Both the position numbers and the translations under genes were made by a program. Below the pieces are notes generated by a model. The model made no database searches. It was not told the origin of the DNA and saw only the letters and a list, made by a program, of their open reading frames with translations. A stretch of 58,865 bases of DNA from a virus (Duplodnaviria; Caudoviricetes): positions 1-58,865 of IMG/VR virus record IMGVR_UViG_3300032050_008696. One strand, 5' to 3'. Every line of letters begins with the position of its first letter. Positions within the stretch are counted from its first letter, which is position 1. Of the stretch, positions 5,188-14,766 are shown one piece after another.

Positions 5188-5214
5188 AAAAAAAGCGTAC
5201 CGATTGGTACGCTT
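5188..5214 (-). terminator. Intrinsic terminator
   Basis: Perfect 9-bp stem aagcgtacc/ggtacgctt, 4-nt loop, T tract on the minus strand. Confidence 0.8.
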
Positions 5215-5220
5215 GTTGTT

Positions 5221-5727
5221 TTAATTGGTTGGTTCGTGGTGATAATCTTGTCTTAGTTGATGGAGTTTTAATTCCATGTTCTGAAGCTCTCGTTTTGTAT
5301 GTCTTAGTTCGTTTTCAAGATCACTAATTTTTCTAAGTTCAGTATTCAAGTTGTAATCTGGATCGCTATGTGATCTGTTCTTAATATCGTCTGTTAGAAC
5401 ACACCCAAGATGATTTGTACCAAAAAGGTATTCAATATCATCATTAAAAGTGTTTTTTCCACAATAATTACAAGTCCAGTCACTTGCACGTTCATTACGT
5501 ATGATTTTGTCTAACCTTTCAAGTGTTTCTACGACTTCGGTGTTTGATTCGGCATTCATTACATCGTATGCCCAGTTCAAAGCATTATCTTCACGATCTT
5601 TTAGTTCTGGATATACCTTGATCAATTCGGCTTCAATTAGTTTGAGGTATGGATCAATTTGTTCAGACTGAATTGTACGAATACCCTTTGCGTATGTTAA
5701 TATAATGTTTTTGCTTATTTTATTCAT
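5221..5727 (-). CDS. Hypothetical protein (CxxC...HxxC, C-terminal coiled coil)
   Basis: ORF composition. Confidence 0.65.
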   Translation of the reverse strand: MNKISKNIILTYAKGIRTIQSEQIDPYLKLIEAELIKVYPELKDREDNALNWAYDVMNAESNTEVVETLERLDKIIRNERASDWTCNYCGKNTFNDDIEYLFGTNHLGCVLTDDIKNRSHSDPDYNLNTELRKISDLENELRHTKRELQNMELKLHQLRQDYHHEPTN

Positions 5728-5728
5728 G

Positions 5729-5887
5729 TTAGTTAGTTGTTGTTAAATATTTTAATATTGTTTTAATACTTGCATATACTATAAATGGAATTAGTACCAC
5801 AAAAAATACAGTAAGTACTGATATTAGTCCTATTGAGAATATAACACCTACAATTAGGCCAATTAATATATTTATAATCTTGCTCAT
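5729..5887 (-). CDS. Small membrane protein (52 aa, MSKIINILIGLIVGVIFSIG...), not in the ORF track
   Basis: ATGA overlap with the upstream stop. About 35 consecutive uncharged, mostly hydrophobic residues. Stops just before the next ATG. Confidence 0.7.
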   Translation of the reverse strand: MSKIINILIGLIVGVIFSIGLISVLTVFFVVLIPFIVYASIKTILKYLTTTN

Positions 5888-6150
5888 TTTTTAAGAAATC
5901 GGCTGTATATTAATTTACCTAGATTAGCGGCAAACTTTCTTGCTTTCTTTTCTGGTAAATCGTAAAGATGTGCGTGAAATACCTCTTCAATTAAGACATT
6001 GAGTTGTCTGCGAGTCTTTAGAGTTGGATCTACCATGATCGACGGATGTTTAGTATGTGGATTATCGCACAGTCCAGATGCTTTTAATCTAGCATGTGGC
6101 TTGTTGTAATTGACCGTATACTGTACACCCTCGAAATTTTTGAATTTCAT
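5884..6150 (-). CDS. Small zincin-like protein with variant EExxH motif
   Basis: GLCD...IMVD...LNVLIEEVFHA. Confidence 0.55.
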   Translation of the reverse strand: MKFKNFEGVQYTVNYNKPHARLKASGLCDNPHTKHPSIMVDPTLKTRRQLNVLIEEVFHAHLYDLPEKKARKFAANLGKLIYSRFLKK

Positions 6151-6335
6151 TATTCACCTTTCGTGAAACTTTTCTTCATATCTTTAAGAAGAACGCTAAT
6201 ATCATCCAAGCTACGAACTCTGTCCTTATAGAGAATCTCGGTCTTTACACGTTCATCGTCAATAAGTTTGATTAACTCATTGATCTTTTGCATTGTAACT
6301 ACTGGTTTGGTGCGTTCAAATTCACTTACATTCAT
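6150..6335 (-). CDS. Hypothetical protein
   Basis: Translationally coupled ORF. Confidence 0.6.
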   Translation of the reverse strand: MNVSEFERTKPVVTMQKINELIKLIDDERVKTEILYKDRVRSLDDISVLLKDMKKSFTKGE

Positions 6336-6573
6336 TTAGAAACTCCTTTAATCGCTTTTGGTTTTCTATATTTAATACTACACTATCTGTCCATGGATGT
6401 CCATGTATAATAATTCTATAACACCAACGTAGCTTTTCAAGCCAAGTCATTCGTTTGCCGTTATAACCATGTTCAAACAGGCTAATACACACCTCTTCTT
6501 CATCTTTAAATTTTTCAACATAAAGAGCGTGGGAATGACAGTCACACATTAAAAATACAGAATCTTCCTTCAT
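6322..6573 (-). CDS. Hypothetical protein
   Basis: Coupled ORF with a CDCH motif. Confidence 0.6.
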   Translation of the reverse strand: MKEDSVFLMCDCHSHALYVEKFKDEEEVCISLFEHGYNGKRMTWLEKLRWCYRIIIHGHPWTDSVVLNIENQKRLKEFLNECK

Positions 6574-7151
6574 ATCTTTATTTTCCTATATAATTTCCAA
6601 CTAAAATCAGTCAGTACTGTTCCAATACTATTTAATGTGCATACAATAAACCAAATAGTTTTATTGAATGGTTTACCAATTAATTTATAAAATACAGTTG
6701 ATTCAAACTCTTTTCTTCGCTTAAGTTCTTCAATATGAAGTCTTAGATTTTCTTTTCTTTCTTTATTGTCATTAGCTTCAAACTTTTTGAGTTCGATTTT
6801 ATTAATAACACCACCAACAAATTCAATTGTAAATTCAACCCAATAATCGTAATCACCTTCACCGTGTTGATAAGTGTACATATTGATTGTTTTGGTCAAC
6901 TTTACATGAGTCCACCGTTTGTTAATTTGTTTTACTTCTCCAAATCGTTCACTGAACGTTACGCCGTTAGGATCACCTCCTATATACTCGCGTTCACACT
7001 CAAATAACCATAATGTACCATCTTCACGGATTTCATAAAGATCCAAAGCATTGTCTAAGTCTTTGGTTTGAAACCCAACTGACTTAAATCCTTTGTTATC
7101 TTCTGGTAACGGAAGAGGATACTTACACACTATGTCATCGAACATTCCCAT
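6570..7151 (-). CDS. Hypothetical phage protein
   Basis: 193-aa ORF starting MGMFD...FQTKDL. Promoter TTGACT-17-TACAAT at 7249-7277. Confidence 0.7.
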   Translation of the reverse strand: MGMFDDIVCKYPLPLPEDNKGFKSVGFQTKDLDNALDLYEIREDGTLWLFECEREYIGGDPNGVTFSERFGEVKQINKRWTHVKLTKTINMYTYQHGEGDYDYWVEFTIEFVGGVINKIELKKFEANDNKERKENLRLHIEELKRRKEFESTVFYKLIGKPFNKTIWFIVCTLNSIGTVLTDFSWKLYRKIKI

Positions 7152-7320
7152 ATTATTAATTATTTTTAGCTTATATTAAGCAAATATTATATTTTAATTA
7201 TTAGATTTTATTAAGCACATCAAGCAACTAAGCGCTTACTATAAAAGCATTGTACTTTCTATATTTCTAAAAGTCAAGATATAAAAAATTGCTACCTGAA
7301 ATAAAAAATATGTATTTTAA

Positions 7321-8163
7321 ATGAAAGGTATTATTCTATCAGGAGGCACTGGAAGCAGACTATATCCGCTTACCGCAACAGTAAATAAGCAATTATTGCC
7401 TGTTTATGATAAGCCAATGATTTATTATCCGTTAAGCACAATGATATCGTGTGGTATACGTGAGTTTTGTATCATTTCTACTCCAGAATATCTACCAATG
7501 TATGAAAAGTTATTTGGCAACGGAAATCATCTTGGGCTAGAAATAACTTACAAAATACAATATAAACCAAACGGTATAGCTGAATCATTTATAATAGCTG
7601 AAGATTTTATCGGTAACGATAACGTATCACTTATACTTGGTGACAATATATTTCACGGATTAAACCGAGTTAAAACAAATCTTAATGGCGCTTTGGTTTT
7701 TGCTTACGAAGTAAACAATCCACAAGACTATGCAGTAGTAGAGTTTGATGATAACAACAAAGTTATTAGTATAGAAGAAAAACCTAAAGCTCCAAAAAGT
7801 AAATTTGCCATTCCCGGCTTATATTTCTTCGATAATAGAGTTGTTAAGTTTAGCAAATCATTAAAACCATCCAAACGTGGCGAACTGGAGATTGTGGATG
7901 TCATGAACGCGTACCTAAACGACGGTGGTATTGATGTTATTAAATTTCCTAGGGGTACTGCTTGGTTAGACGCTGGTCTACCAGACTCACTGTTCCAAAG
8001 CGCTGCTTATGTAAAAACAATTCAAGAAAGACAAGGTATACGAATTGGTTGTATAGAAGAAGAATGTTACAACAAAGGATTTATTAATAAAGCACAACTT
8101 AAGAAAGTTATTGACAAATTACCAAATTCAGAATATAAAGCTTATTTACAGAAGTATGAATAA
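7321..8163 (+). CDS. rfbA: Glucose-1-phosphate thymidylyltransferase
   Basis: GIILSGGTGSRLYPLT, KQLLPVYDKPMIYYPL, EEKP, RGELEI, RGTAWLDAG. Confidence 0.95.
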   Translation: MKGIILSGGTGSRLYPLTATVNKQLLPVYDKPMIYYPLSTMISCGIREFCIISTPEYLPMYEKLFGNGNHLGLEITYKIQYKPNGIAESFIIAEDFIGNDNVSLILGDNIFHGLNRVKTNLNGALVFAYEVNNPQDYAVVEFDDNNKVISIEEKPKAPKSKFAIPGLYFFDNRVVKFSKSLKPSKRGELEIVDVMNAYLNDGGIDVIKFPRGTAWLDAGLPDSLFQSAAYVKTIQERQGIRIGCIEEECYNKGFINKAQLKKVIDKLPNSEYKAYLQKYE

Positions 8164-9448
8164 AAAAGAACTAATCAAAAATTTTATACAAGAAGTACAA
8201 AAAATTCAATTTGTACCAGAATACTGCCACAATCTAAAAGGAGCCAAGAACAAGGTTTATTACTCTGGTCCATTAATGGATGAGGAAGAATTAACAGAAG
8301 CTATTGATTCGTTGTTATTCGGCAAATGGTTTGTTAGCGGTGAAAAGGTTTATCAGTTTGAAAGAGAATTCAGCAAAACTGTAAATCAAAAACATTCGGT
8401 AATGGTTAATTCTGGTAGTTCAGCAAATCTTGTAATGATTGCTGCACTAAAACAATACTTCAAGTGGACATCTACAGATGAAATTCTTATTAGCGTAGTA
8501 GGATTTCCAACCACACTTAATCCAATTATTCAAGCGGGTCTAAAACCAGTGTTCGTAGATATAGAATACGACACTTTAAACTTTGACTTAAATGAATTGG
8601 TAAAGAAAATTACACCAAACACCAAAGCTATATTCGTTTCACCTGTACTTGGCAACCCTCCAGACATGGATAAGCTGGTCGAAATCGCCAAGGCAAACAA
8701 CCTAGAAATTATCATGGATGGTTGTGACAGTTATGGTAGCAAGTGGAATGGTAAACATTTAGACGAATATGCTATAGCAACTAGCTGTAGTTTTTATCCA
8801 GCACATCACATCACAACAGGTGAAGGTGGCATGGTCAGTTCAAACGTAGAAGAAATTGTAAAACTTGCTAGAACATTTGCTTGGTGGGGAAGAGATTGTT
8901 ATTGTGTTGGTCCCGCTAATTTGTTGAAGAACGGTAGTTGCAATTGCAGATTCAGTCAGTGGATCAAAGAACTTCCATATGAAATTGATCACAAGTATTT
9001 CTTCTCACAAATTGGCTACAATCTAAAGCCACTTGATCTACAAGGCGGTATTGGATTGGCTCAGTTGAAGAAAGCAGACGGTATTCATGAAGCTAGAAAG
9101 AAGAACAAAGATACCATTCAAAATATTCTATCTGGAATTAAAGGATTGAAGTTTCCAACTAAACATGATAAAGCAGATGTATCTTGGTTTGGCGTACCTG
9201 TAATTTGTGAATCATTTGAACAAAAGTCCAAGTTGGTTATTTATCTTGAAACAAACGGCATTCAGACACGCAATTACTTTGCTGGTAACATTCTACTACA
9301 TCCAGCTTATACACACTTGGAAAGTTGGAAGAATTATCCAAACGCTACAAACGTACTCGGCAACGTATTCTTCTTGGGATCGTCACCAACACTAACCCAA
9401 GACAACCTAGATTACATGAAAGAAATCATTGAAAAGTATGAAAATTGA
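8156..9448 (+). CDS. rfbH: NDP-4-keto-6-deoxyhexose 3-dehydratase (RfbH/E1 type, DegT superfamily)
   Basis: VNSGSSANL, SFYPAHHITTGEGG (His replaces the Schiff-base Lys), WGRDCYC...C cysteine cluster, GYNLK. Confidence 0.9.
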   Translation: MNKKELIKNFIQEVQKIQFVPEYCHNLKGAKNKVYYSGPLMDEEELTEAIDSLLFGKWFVSGEKVYQFEREFSKTVNQKHSVMVNSGSSANLVMIAALKQYFKWTSTDEILISVVGFPTTLNPIIQAGLKPVFVDIEYDTLNFDLNELVKKITPNTKAIFVSPVLGNPPDMDKLVEIAKANNLEIIMDGCDSYGSKWNGKHLDEYAIATSCSFYPAHHITTGEGGMVSSNVEEIVKLARTFAWWGRDCYCVGPANLLKNGSCNCRFSQWIKELPYEIDHKYFFSQIGYNLKPLDLQGGIGLAQLKKADGIHEARKKNKDTIQNILSGIKGLKFPTKHDKADVSWFGVPVICESFEQKSKLVIYLETNGIQTRNYFAGNILLHPAYTHLESWKNYPNATNVLGNVFFLGSSPTLTQDNLDYMKEIIEKYEN

Positions 9449-10253
9449 TTTATTTGGTGGTACAGGATTCGTAGGTAGTAACTTCAAACGATTGTACAAT
9501 GAAAGTACTCATGTACATGATAGAGAAGATAATACTCCCATATACGAAAATGTATTATACATGATTAGTACTACACACAACTATCACGTTTTTGATAATA
9601 TTCATAAAGATGTAGAAACAAATCTAACAAAGTTACTAAACGTTTTACAGAACTGTAAAGACAAGAATATTGTTTTTAATTTTGTTAGCAGTTGGTTCGT
9701 ATATGGTGATGTTGAATTACCAGCAAAAGAAGACAGTTGTTGTAAACCAAAGGGATTTTACAGCATTACCAAACGATGTGCTGAAGACTTGATTATCAGT
9801 TATTGTGAAACTTTCAAAATCAAGTACAGAATACTAAGACTCTGTAATGTATACGGTCCATCTGATGGTGGCGTTTCTAAACAAAAGAATGCTTTACAAT
9901 ATCTAATCAACACAATAAAGTCTAATAACGAGATCAATTTGTATTATGACGGCAATTTTGTCAGAGACTATATGCATGTAGATGATGTATGTAAAGCAAT
10001 ATATACAGTACTATATAGAGCTGACTATAATCAAATTATCAACATTGGCAGTGGTATACCACAAAACTTTAGAGAAATAATTGATTTCGTAATCAAAGAA
10101 ACCAACAGTACCAGCAAAATTACTGCTATCGATGCAGTGGATTTTCACAAGATTGTACAAGTAAAAGATATGTATCTTGACGTTGAAAAGTTAAACAAAC
10201 TTGGATTCAAACAACACATTGACATTTATCAAGGAATAAAAACACTATTATGA
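9438..10253 (+). CDS. NAD-dependent sugar epimerase/reductase (extended SDR)
   Basis: GGTGFVG, SSWFVYG, YSITK, RDYMHVDD. Confidence 0.88.
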   Translation: MKIDLFGGTGFVGSNFKRLYNESTHVHDREDNTPIYENVLYMISTTHNYHVFDNIHKDVETNLTKLLNVLQNCKDKNIVFNFVSSWFVYGDVELPAKEDSCCKPKGFYSITKRCAEDLIISYCETFKIKYRILRLCNVYGPSDGGVSKQKNALQYLINTIKSNNEINLYYDGNFVRDYMHVDDVCKAIYTVLYRADYNQIINIGSGIPQNFREIIDFVIKETNSTSKITAIDAVDFHKIVQVKDMYLDVEKLNKLGFKQHIDIYQGIKTLL

Positions 10254-11206
10254 ATATACTAGTTACAGGTGGAAGTGGATTTATAGGCAGTCACTTTATT
10301 GAAGAAGTATTAAAACGAAGTGACGTAACAAAACTATATAATCTAGACGCAAACACCTACGCAGCAAACAAAACCTTACCGTTTGAAAATGACAATAGGT
10401 ACCAAAAGTTGACTATGGACATTGCAGCTGCATATTTTCCAAGTCAAAAAGGTTTTCTAGAGTCATTGAACCTAGACTACGTTGTGCATTTTGCTGCGGA
10501 ATCTCATGTAGATAATTCTATTTCTGGCCCCAAAAAGTTCGTAGATACAAACATAATTGGCACCTTTAATCTACTAGAAAACTTTAAATCATCAAAGATC
10601 AAGAAGTTTATTCATATATCAACCGACGAAGTTTTTGGTAGTCTAAACAACAAAGAAGGTCCATTTGATATAGACAGTCCGTACAGACCCAACAGTCCAT
10701 ATGCAGCCAGTAAAGCAGCAAGTGACTTGTTGGTAAGAAGTTATATCAAGACTTACAAGTTTCCAGCAATTATTACCAATTGTAGCAATAATTTTGGACC
10801 AAGACAATTTCCAGAAAAATTGATACCACTTGCAATTAATAAGTTAAAAAACAAAGAAGCTATACCAATTTATGGTAATGGATCAAATGTTAGAGATTGG
10901 ATCTATGTTAAAGACCATGTTAACGCAATTATACGTGTTATACAATACGGTGTAATTGGAAATCAGTATTTGATCGGGGGAGACAATGAAACATCAAACT
11001 ATGAACTAATACACCTGCTTAAAGAGGTATATGAAGAATTAACCCAATCAAACATAGACTGGGAATGGTTTAAATACGTAGAAGATCGTAAAGGTCACGA
11101 TCTGAGATATGCAATCAATAATTGGGAGTTGAAACAACAGTTTCCAGACTTTGTATTGAGTGATTTCAAGCAGTCACTAAAAACAACTGTACAAAGTTAT
11201 TTATAG
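10250..11206 (+). CDS. rfbB: dTDP-glucose 4,6-dehydratase
   Basis: GGSGFIG, HFAAESHVD, STDEV, YAASK, QFPEKLIP, DRKGHDLRYA. Confidence 0.95.
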   Translation: MNILVTGGSGFIGSHFIEEVLKRSDVTKLYNLDANTYAANKTLPFENDNRYQKLTMDIAAAYFPSQKGFLESLNLDYVVHFAAESHVDNSISGPKKFVDTNIIGTFNLLENFKSSKIKKFIHISTDEVFGSLNNKEGPFDIDSPYRPNSPYAASKAASDLLVRSYIKTYKFPAIITNCSNNFGPRQFPEKLIPLAINKLKNKEAIPIYGNGSNVRDWIYVKDHVNAIIRVIQYGVIGNQYLIGGDNETSNYELIHLLKEVYEELTQSNIDWEWFKYVEDRKGHDLRYAINNWELKQQFPDFVLSDFKQSLKTTVQSYL

Positions 11207-11569
11207 TGTTTTTGCGTAGATTGCCAATTTTGGATTAGTATATCCAAACTTTTTGACCAATTGACCGGCTACACTATTAGCTTCATCTTCTATTTCTCCA
11301 CCGATATCTTGGGTAGGTTCTTCTAACTTACCCATTTGATTTTGCTGGTGATGAATCAACTCATGTGCAATACTACGTAATACGTCAGCTAAACCTCTAT
11401 CCTTACAATATACTTTAACATCTCCATTTTGTGGATTGTAATAAGCATATGTTCTTAAATCATCGTCACGTTGTGTTACCAGATTAACCTTGAAAGGTTG
11501 ATTCAAGTTTAATTCATCATTAGCAAATTTGATGAATTTTACAATTGTGTATTTGTTTAACTTATCCAT
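11201..11569 (-). CDS. Zincin-like metallopeptidase domain protein
   Basis: LRSIAHELIHHQQ...EDEAN. Confidence 0.7.
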   Translation of the reverse strand: MDKLNKYTIVKFIKFANDELNLNQPFKVNLVTQRDDDLRTYAYYNPQNGDVKVYCKDRGLADVLRSIAHELIHHQQNQMGKLEEPTQDIGGEIEDEANSVAGQLVKKFGYTNPKLAIYAKTL

Positions 11570-11570
11570 A

Positions 11571-12023
11571 TTAAAGTCCAGCTTCTTTATATGACATTTT
11601 TATTTTACCCTCATCAATCAAACGTTTACGGTTCTTAAAATGAAGTTCTTTAACGTTCAATTTGTTCTCTCCCAAATATTTGACAGCATATCCATCTGTA
11701 ACCAAAGATTCGTTTAGCACCTCTTTTGTATTAGGATCTATAATTTCCGCCAACAATCTACCAAACTTTTCACTATCATCGCTCTTATGAGTACGTATAA
11801 TTACATGTTTATTACAATTTTCGATAAACGCTTTAGCATAATCCTTACTAGCCAAGCCAAATACCTTTTCAATTTTATCACTAGTACGACTTTCCGGAGT
11901 ATCTACACCCAATAATCTTACATTTTGATTAGATAACACAACATCAAAACCCAAGTCGATGTCAACCACAATTGTATCACCATCTACGACGTTAGTAACT
12001 TTAGCATGATATTCGTATGGCAT
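11571..12023 (-). CDS. Thermonuclease (SNase-like)
   Basis: VVDGDTI, VRLLGVDTPE, KFGRLLA. Confidence 0.9.
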   Translation of the reverse strand: MPYEYHAKVTNVVDGDTIVVDIDLGFDVVLSNQNVRLLGVDTPESRTSDKIEKVFGLASKDYAKAFIENCNKHVIIRTHKSDDSEKFGRLLAEIIDPNTKEVLNESLVTDGYAVKYLGENKLNVKELHFKNRKRLIDEGKIKMSYKEAGL

Positions 12024-12027
12024 AGTA

Positions 12028-12387
12028 TTAAGAAAGTGTTAATAGATACTTTAATTTGTTTAGACCGGCTAACATTTCATCCCTAATGTTCATTAAGTCA
12101 GTATCAGTCTTTTCTAGACCCTTGGGTAGTTCATCTGTCAAATAAGTGATATACTTATCAACAAAATCAACGGTATTTACATCCGAATAGTTACTAAGTT
12201 CAATCTTAAATCCATCACGACTTTCAATTCTACCGTATTTTCCCATGAATGTTTCGATAAATTCATCGATTTGTTCTGTTAAGGTATCATAAGCACCACC
12301 AAGAGCTTGGTGTTCAGCATAACTTTTTGTTTGCCAATGATGAATCTTTAGTTGATTGTGTAGAGTCAATAAATTAGTTACTATCAT
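12028..12387 (-). CDS. Ferritin/Dps-like four-helix protein (DUF5856-like)
   Basis: HWQTKSYAEHQALG..YD.L...D..IE, KYLLTL end. Confidence 0.75.
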   Translation of the reverse strand: MIVTNLLTLHNQLKIHHWQTKSYAEHQALGGAYDTLTEQIDEFIETFMGKYGRIESRDGFKIELSNYSDVNTVDFVDKYITYLTDELPKGLEKTDTDLMNIRDEMLAGLNKLKYLLTLS

Positions 12388-12410
12388 ATATGTTATAAAT
12401 ATAACACAAA

Positions 12411-12608
12411 TCAAGTAATAACTTCTACTTTACAGTTTTTCTTATCAAACACACCTTCGTCAATTAGGTATCTTATAACACAATCACATCTAGCCTTGAA
12501 GTCAACGAAACTCACATCCTCTGGTTTCCAAATCTTGATAGTACTGGCATCCTTTATTTCAAAGCGTACGCCATTTACTAATCCTTTTCTTTTGATAATG
12601 AGATCCAT
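12411..12608 (-). CDS. Hypothetical protein
   Basis: ORF preceded by ATATTTATA. Confidence 0.6.
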   Translation of the reverse strand: MDLIIKRKGLVNGVRFEIKDASTIKIWKPEDVSFVDFKARCDCVIRYLIDEGVFDKKNCKVEVIT

Positions 12609-12697
12609 CGTCTATAAATATAATACGATTGTTACAACATGTAAATATAAAAAAATTTCAAGAAGAAAATATAACACTTGTTAACTATATATTGAAA

Positions 12698-13150
12698 ATG
12701 AAAGTTGAGTTACAAAGTTATTTAAAGAAAAAGTTTCCTGCGTTGTATCAATCAAACTTTGAATTTGAATGTAACGATGGATGGTTTCGAATATTATTAT
12801 GGTTGAGTAGATATTTGGAAATGTACATCACACAACAAAATGAAATGGCTACAAAAAATCCACAATATTATCAGCCGGTAAAACAAGTTACAGCTAGACA
12901 GATAAAACAAAAATTTGGCACTTTAAGATTCTACTATGAAGGAGGAGATGAACATATACGATCTATAGTAGAATATACTGAATTTATCTCTGGCTATATT
13001 TGTGAAGAAACAGGATCTATGAACGATATTGGCTATAACAGAAAAGGATATGTACAAGTACTACATAAAGATTTAGCAAAAAACAAAAATGATTTTAACT
13101 TCGTTGATGACGAAGAGTTACGAACACTACTAAAAACATATGATAAATAA
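12698..13150 (+). CDS. Conserved phage hypothetical protein
   Basis: ECNDGW...QIKQKFGTLRFY...ICEETG. Start moved to MKVEL. Confidence 0.7.
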   Translation: MKVELQSYLKKKFPALYQSNFEFECNDGWFRILLWLSRYLEMYITQQNEMATKNPQYYQPVKQVTARQIKQKFGTLRFYYEGGDEHIRSIVEYTEFISGYICEETGSMNDIGYNRKGYVQVLHKDLAKNKNDFNFVDDEELRTLLKTYDK

Positions 13151-13739
13151 ATTAATGATTAAATCCGAAGACGATTTGGACAACCACTACGAAAAACAAA
13201 AGTTCGTATCTGTTATAGATAATAATGAATTGTATTTCTACAACGAAGTTAATAATGAATCAGTGTTAATGTTAAATAAAACATTAAATGATTTAACCAG
13301 ACAGTTGTTGATCACACAAATAACTTTTGATCTTAAAGAAACACCTCATATCAAGTTACATATCAATAGCGACGGTGGTGAAGTATTTGGTGCATTAAGT
13401 ATCGTTGATCGAATTAAATCATCTAAGGTACCAGTTTATTCCTATGCAGAGGGATTGGTTGCAAGTGCTTCTACCTTGATAAGCGTAAGTTGCCATAAAC
13501 GTTACATACGTAGAAATACCATATTATTAATTCATCAAGTACGTAGTTGGTTTGAAGGAACATACGAAGACTTTAATGACGAAAAACAAAATATGGATTT
13601 GGTTATGAAAATAATCAAAGATGTATATCTAAAACACACTAAATTTACAGAGGAAGAGTTAAACACACTATTAAAACGAGATATTTATCTAAATGCAGAT
13701 GATGCTATAAAATATGGACTTGCAGACGAAATTATCTAA
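13140..13739 (+). CDS. clpP: ClpP-like protease subunit
   Basis: HINSDGGEV, ASAST (Ser), LIHQ (His), RDIYLNA..A..YGLADEI. Confidence 0.88.
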   Translation: MINKLMIKSEDDLDNHYEKQKFVSVIDNNELYFYNEVNNESVLMLNKTLNDLTRQLLITQITFDLKETPHIKLHINSDGGEVFGALSIVDRIKSSKVPVYSYAEGLVASASTLISVSCHKRYIRRNTILLIHQVRSWFEGTYEDFNDEKQNMDLVMKIIKDVYLKHTKFTEEELNTLLKRDIYLNADDAIKYGLADEII

Positions 13740-14052
13740 AGAGGGATATGTTTATATTATAAGTAACAGCAATTTCCCAGGCTATTACAAGGTGGGAATA
13801 ACTCATGATATAAAAGAACGATTACGAACATACCAAACAGCATCTCCATTACGCAACTACAAAATAGAATATTATATTCATCATCCAAACTGTTATCGTG
13901 CTGAAAAACAAATAGCCGAAAAACTTAGGTATTTTGCTACCGAAATCAAAAATGAATGGTATAAATGTGCACTCGAAATTGTAAAAGATAGACTTGACGA
14001 GAGTTTAGAACCCGAAGAAAATGTGTTGACTTTTATAAAAAGAGGTGTATAG
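13714..14052 (+). CDS. GIY-YIG nuclease (T5orf172-like)
   Basis: GYVYII...YKVGIT...RL..YQT.SP...E...NEWY. Confidence 0.82.
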   Translation: MDLQTKLSKEGYVYIISNSNFPGYYKVGITHDIKERLRTYQTASPLRNYKIEYYIHHPNCYRAEKQIAEKLRYFATEIKNEWYKCALEIVKDRLDESLEPEENVLTFIKRGV

Positions 14053-14065
14053 TTATATCATAGTT

Positions 14066-14710
14066 ATGAGCACAATTGCTAATAAATTGATATGTTTGAA
14101 CCTAAATGCTAACTGGCAGCCAGTTGGCTTTAAGACCGTAAAAGATGCGATTATTGATCTTTGTGGATCTGAAGTCGATGGCAAACCAACCAGTCTAGCA
14201 CTAGACATCGACTATGAATTGGACAGTAACGGAGAGCCAAACCTTTCCGAACCAAAGTCCATGAATCCTGTAAGTTGGTCTGAATGGATTAAACTGCCTA
14301 TTCGGTCATGGGATCTAGTAATTCATTCAGCTCATATGTCGGTTCGTGTACCAACTGTAATCATCGCTACAAACTTTAACAAAATGCCTGTAAAGACATT
14401 TCGGGGAAAACCTAGCAAGGATGCAATATACACCCGTGATGCTGGTATCTGTCAGTACACTGGTAAGAAAGTTGATCGTAATAGCGCAACTGTTGATCAT
14501 ATTGTGCCTCGTAGTAAAGGTGGAGAAGATACTTGGACCAATCTAGTATTGTGTTCAAGAGAGGTCAACTCTAAGAAAGGCAATCGTATGAACAATGAAG
14601 CTGGTCTGAAGTTGATTAAACAACCTACAGTTCCAAATGCTGTACCAATATCAGCACTAATACGTGAAGCTAAACATAAAGATTGGGAACACTTTTTAAT
14701 GGGTGTTTAA
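14066..14710 (+). CDS. HNH endonuclease (McrA-like)
   Basis: RD..CQY.G, TVDHIVPRSKGG..TWTNLV...N..KGN. Promoter TTGACT-16-TATAGT at 14026-14053. Confidence 0.88.
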   Translation: MSTIANKLICLNLNANWQPVGFKTVKDAIIDLCGSEVDGKPTSLALDIDYELDSNGEPNLSEPKSMNPVSWSEWIKLPIRSWDLVIHSAHMSVRVPTVIIATNFNKMPVKTFRGKPSKDAIYTRDAGICQYTGKKVDRNSATVDHIVPRSKGGEDTWTNLVLCSREVNSKKGNRMNNEAGLKLIKQPTVPNAVPISALIREAKHKDWEHFLMGV

Positions 14711-14716
14711 ACCACG

Positions 14717-14749
14717 AAAGATATAATCTTCGGATTATATCTTTTTTTT
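14717..14749 (+). terminator. Intrinsic terminator
   Basis: 12-bp stem with cUUCGg loop and T tract. Confidence 0.88.
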
Positions 14750-14766
14750 ATTTATATTTATTGTAT

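Noticed and set aside
14683-14766. N-terminal extension of the 14683-15354 ORF
   Set aside because: It spans a clear terminator. The in-frame GTG at 14767 follows the promoter-like motif.
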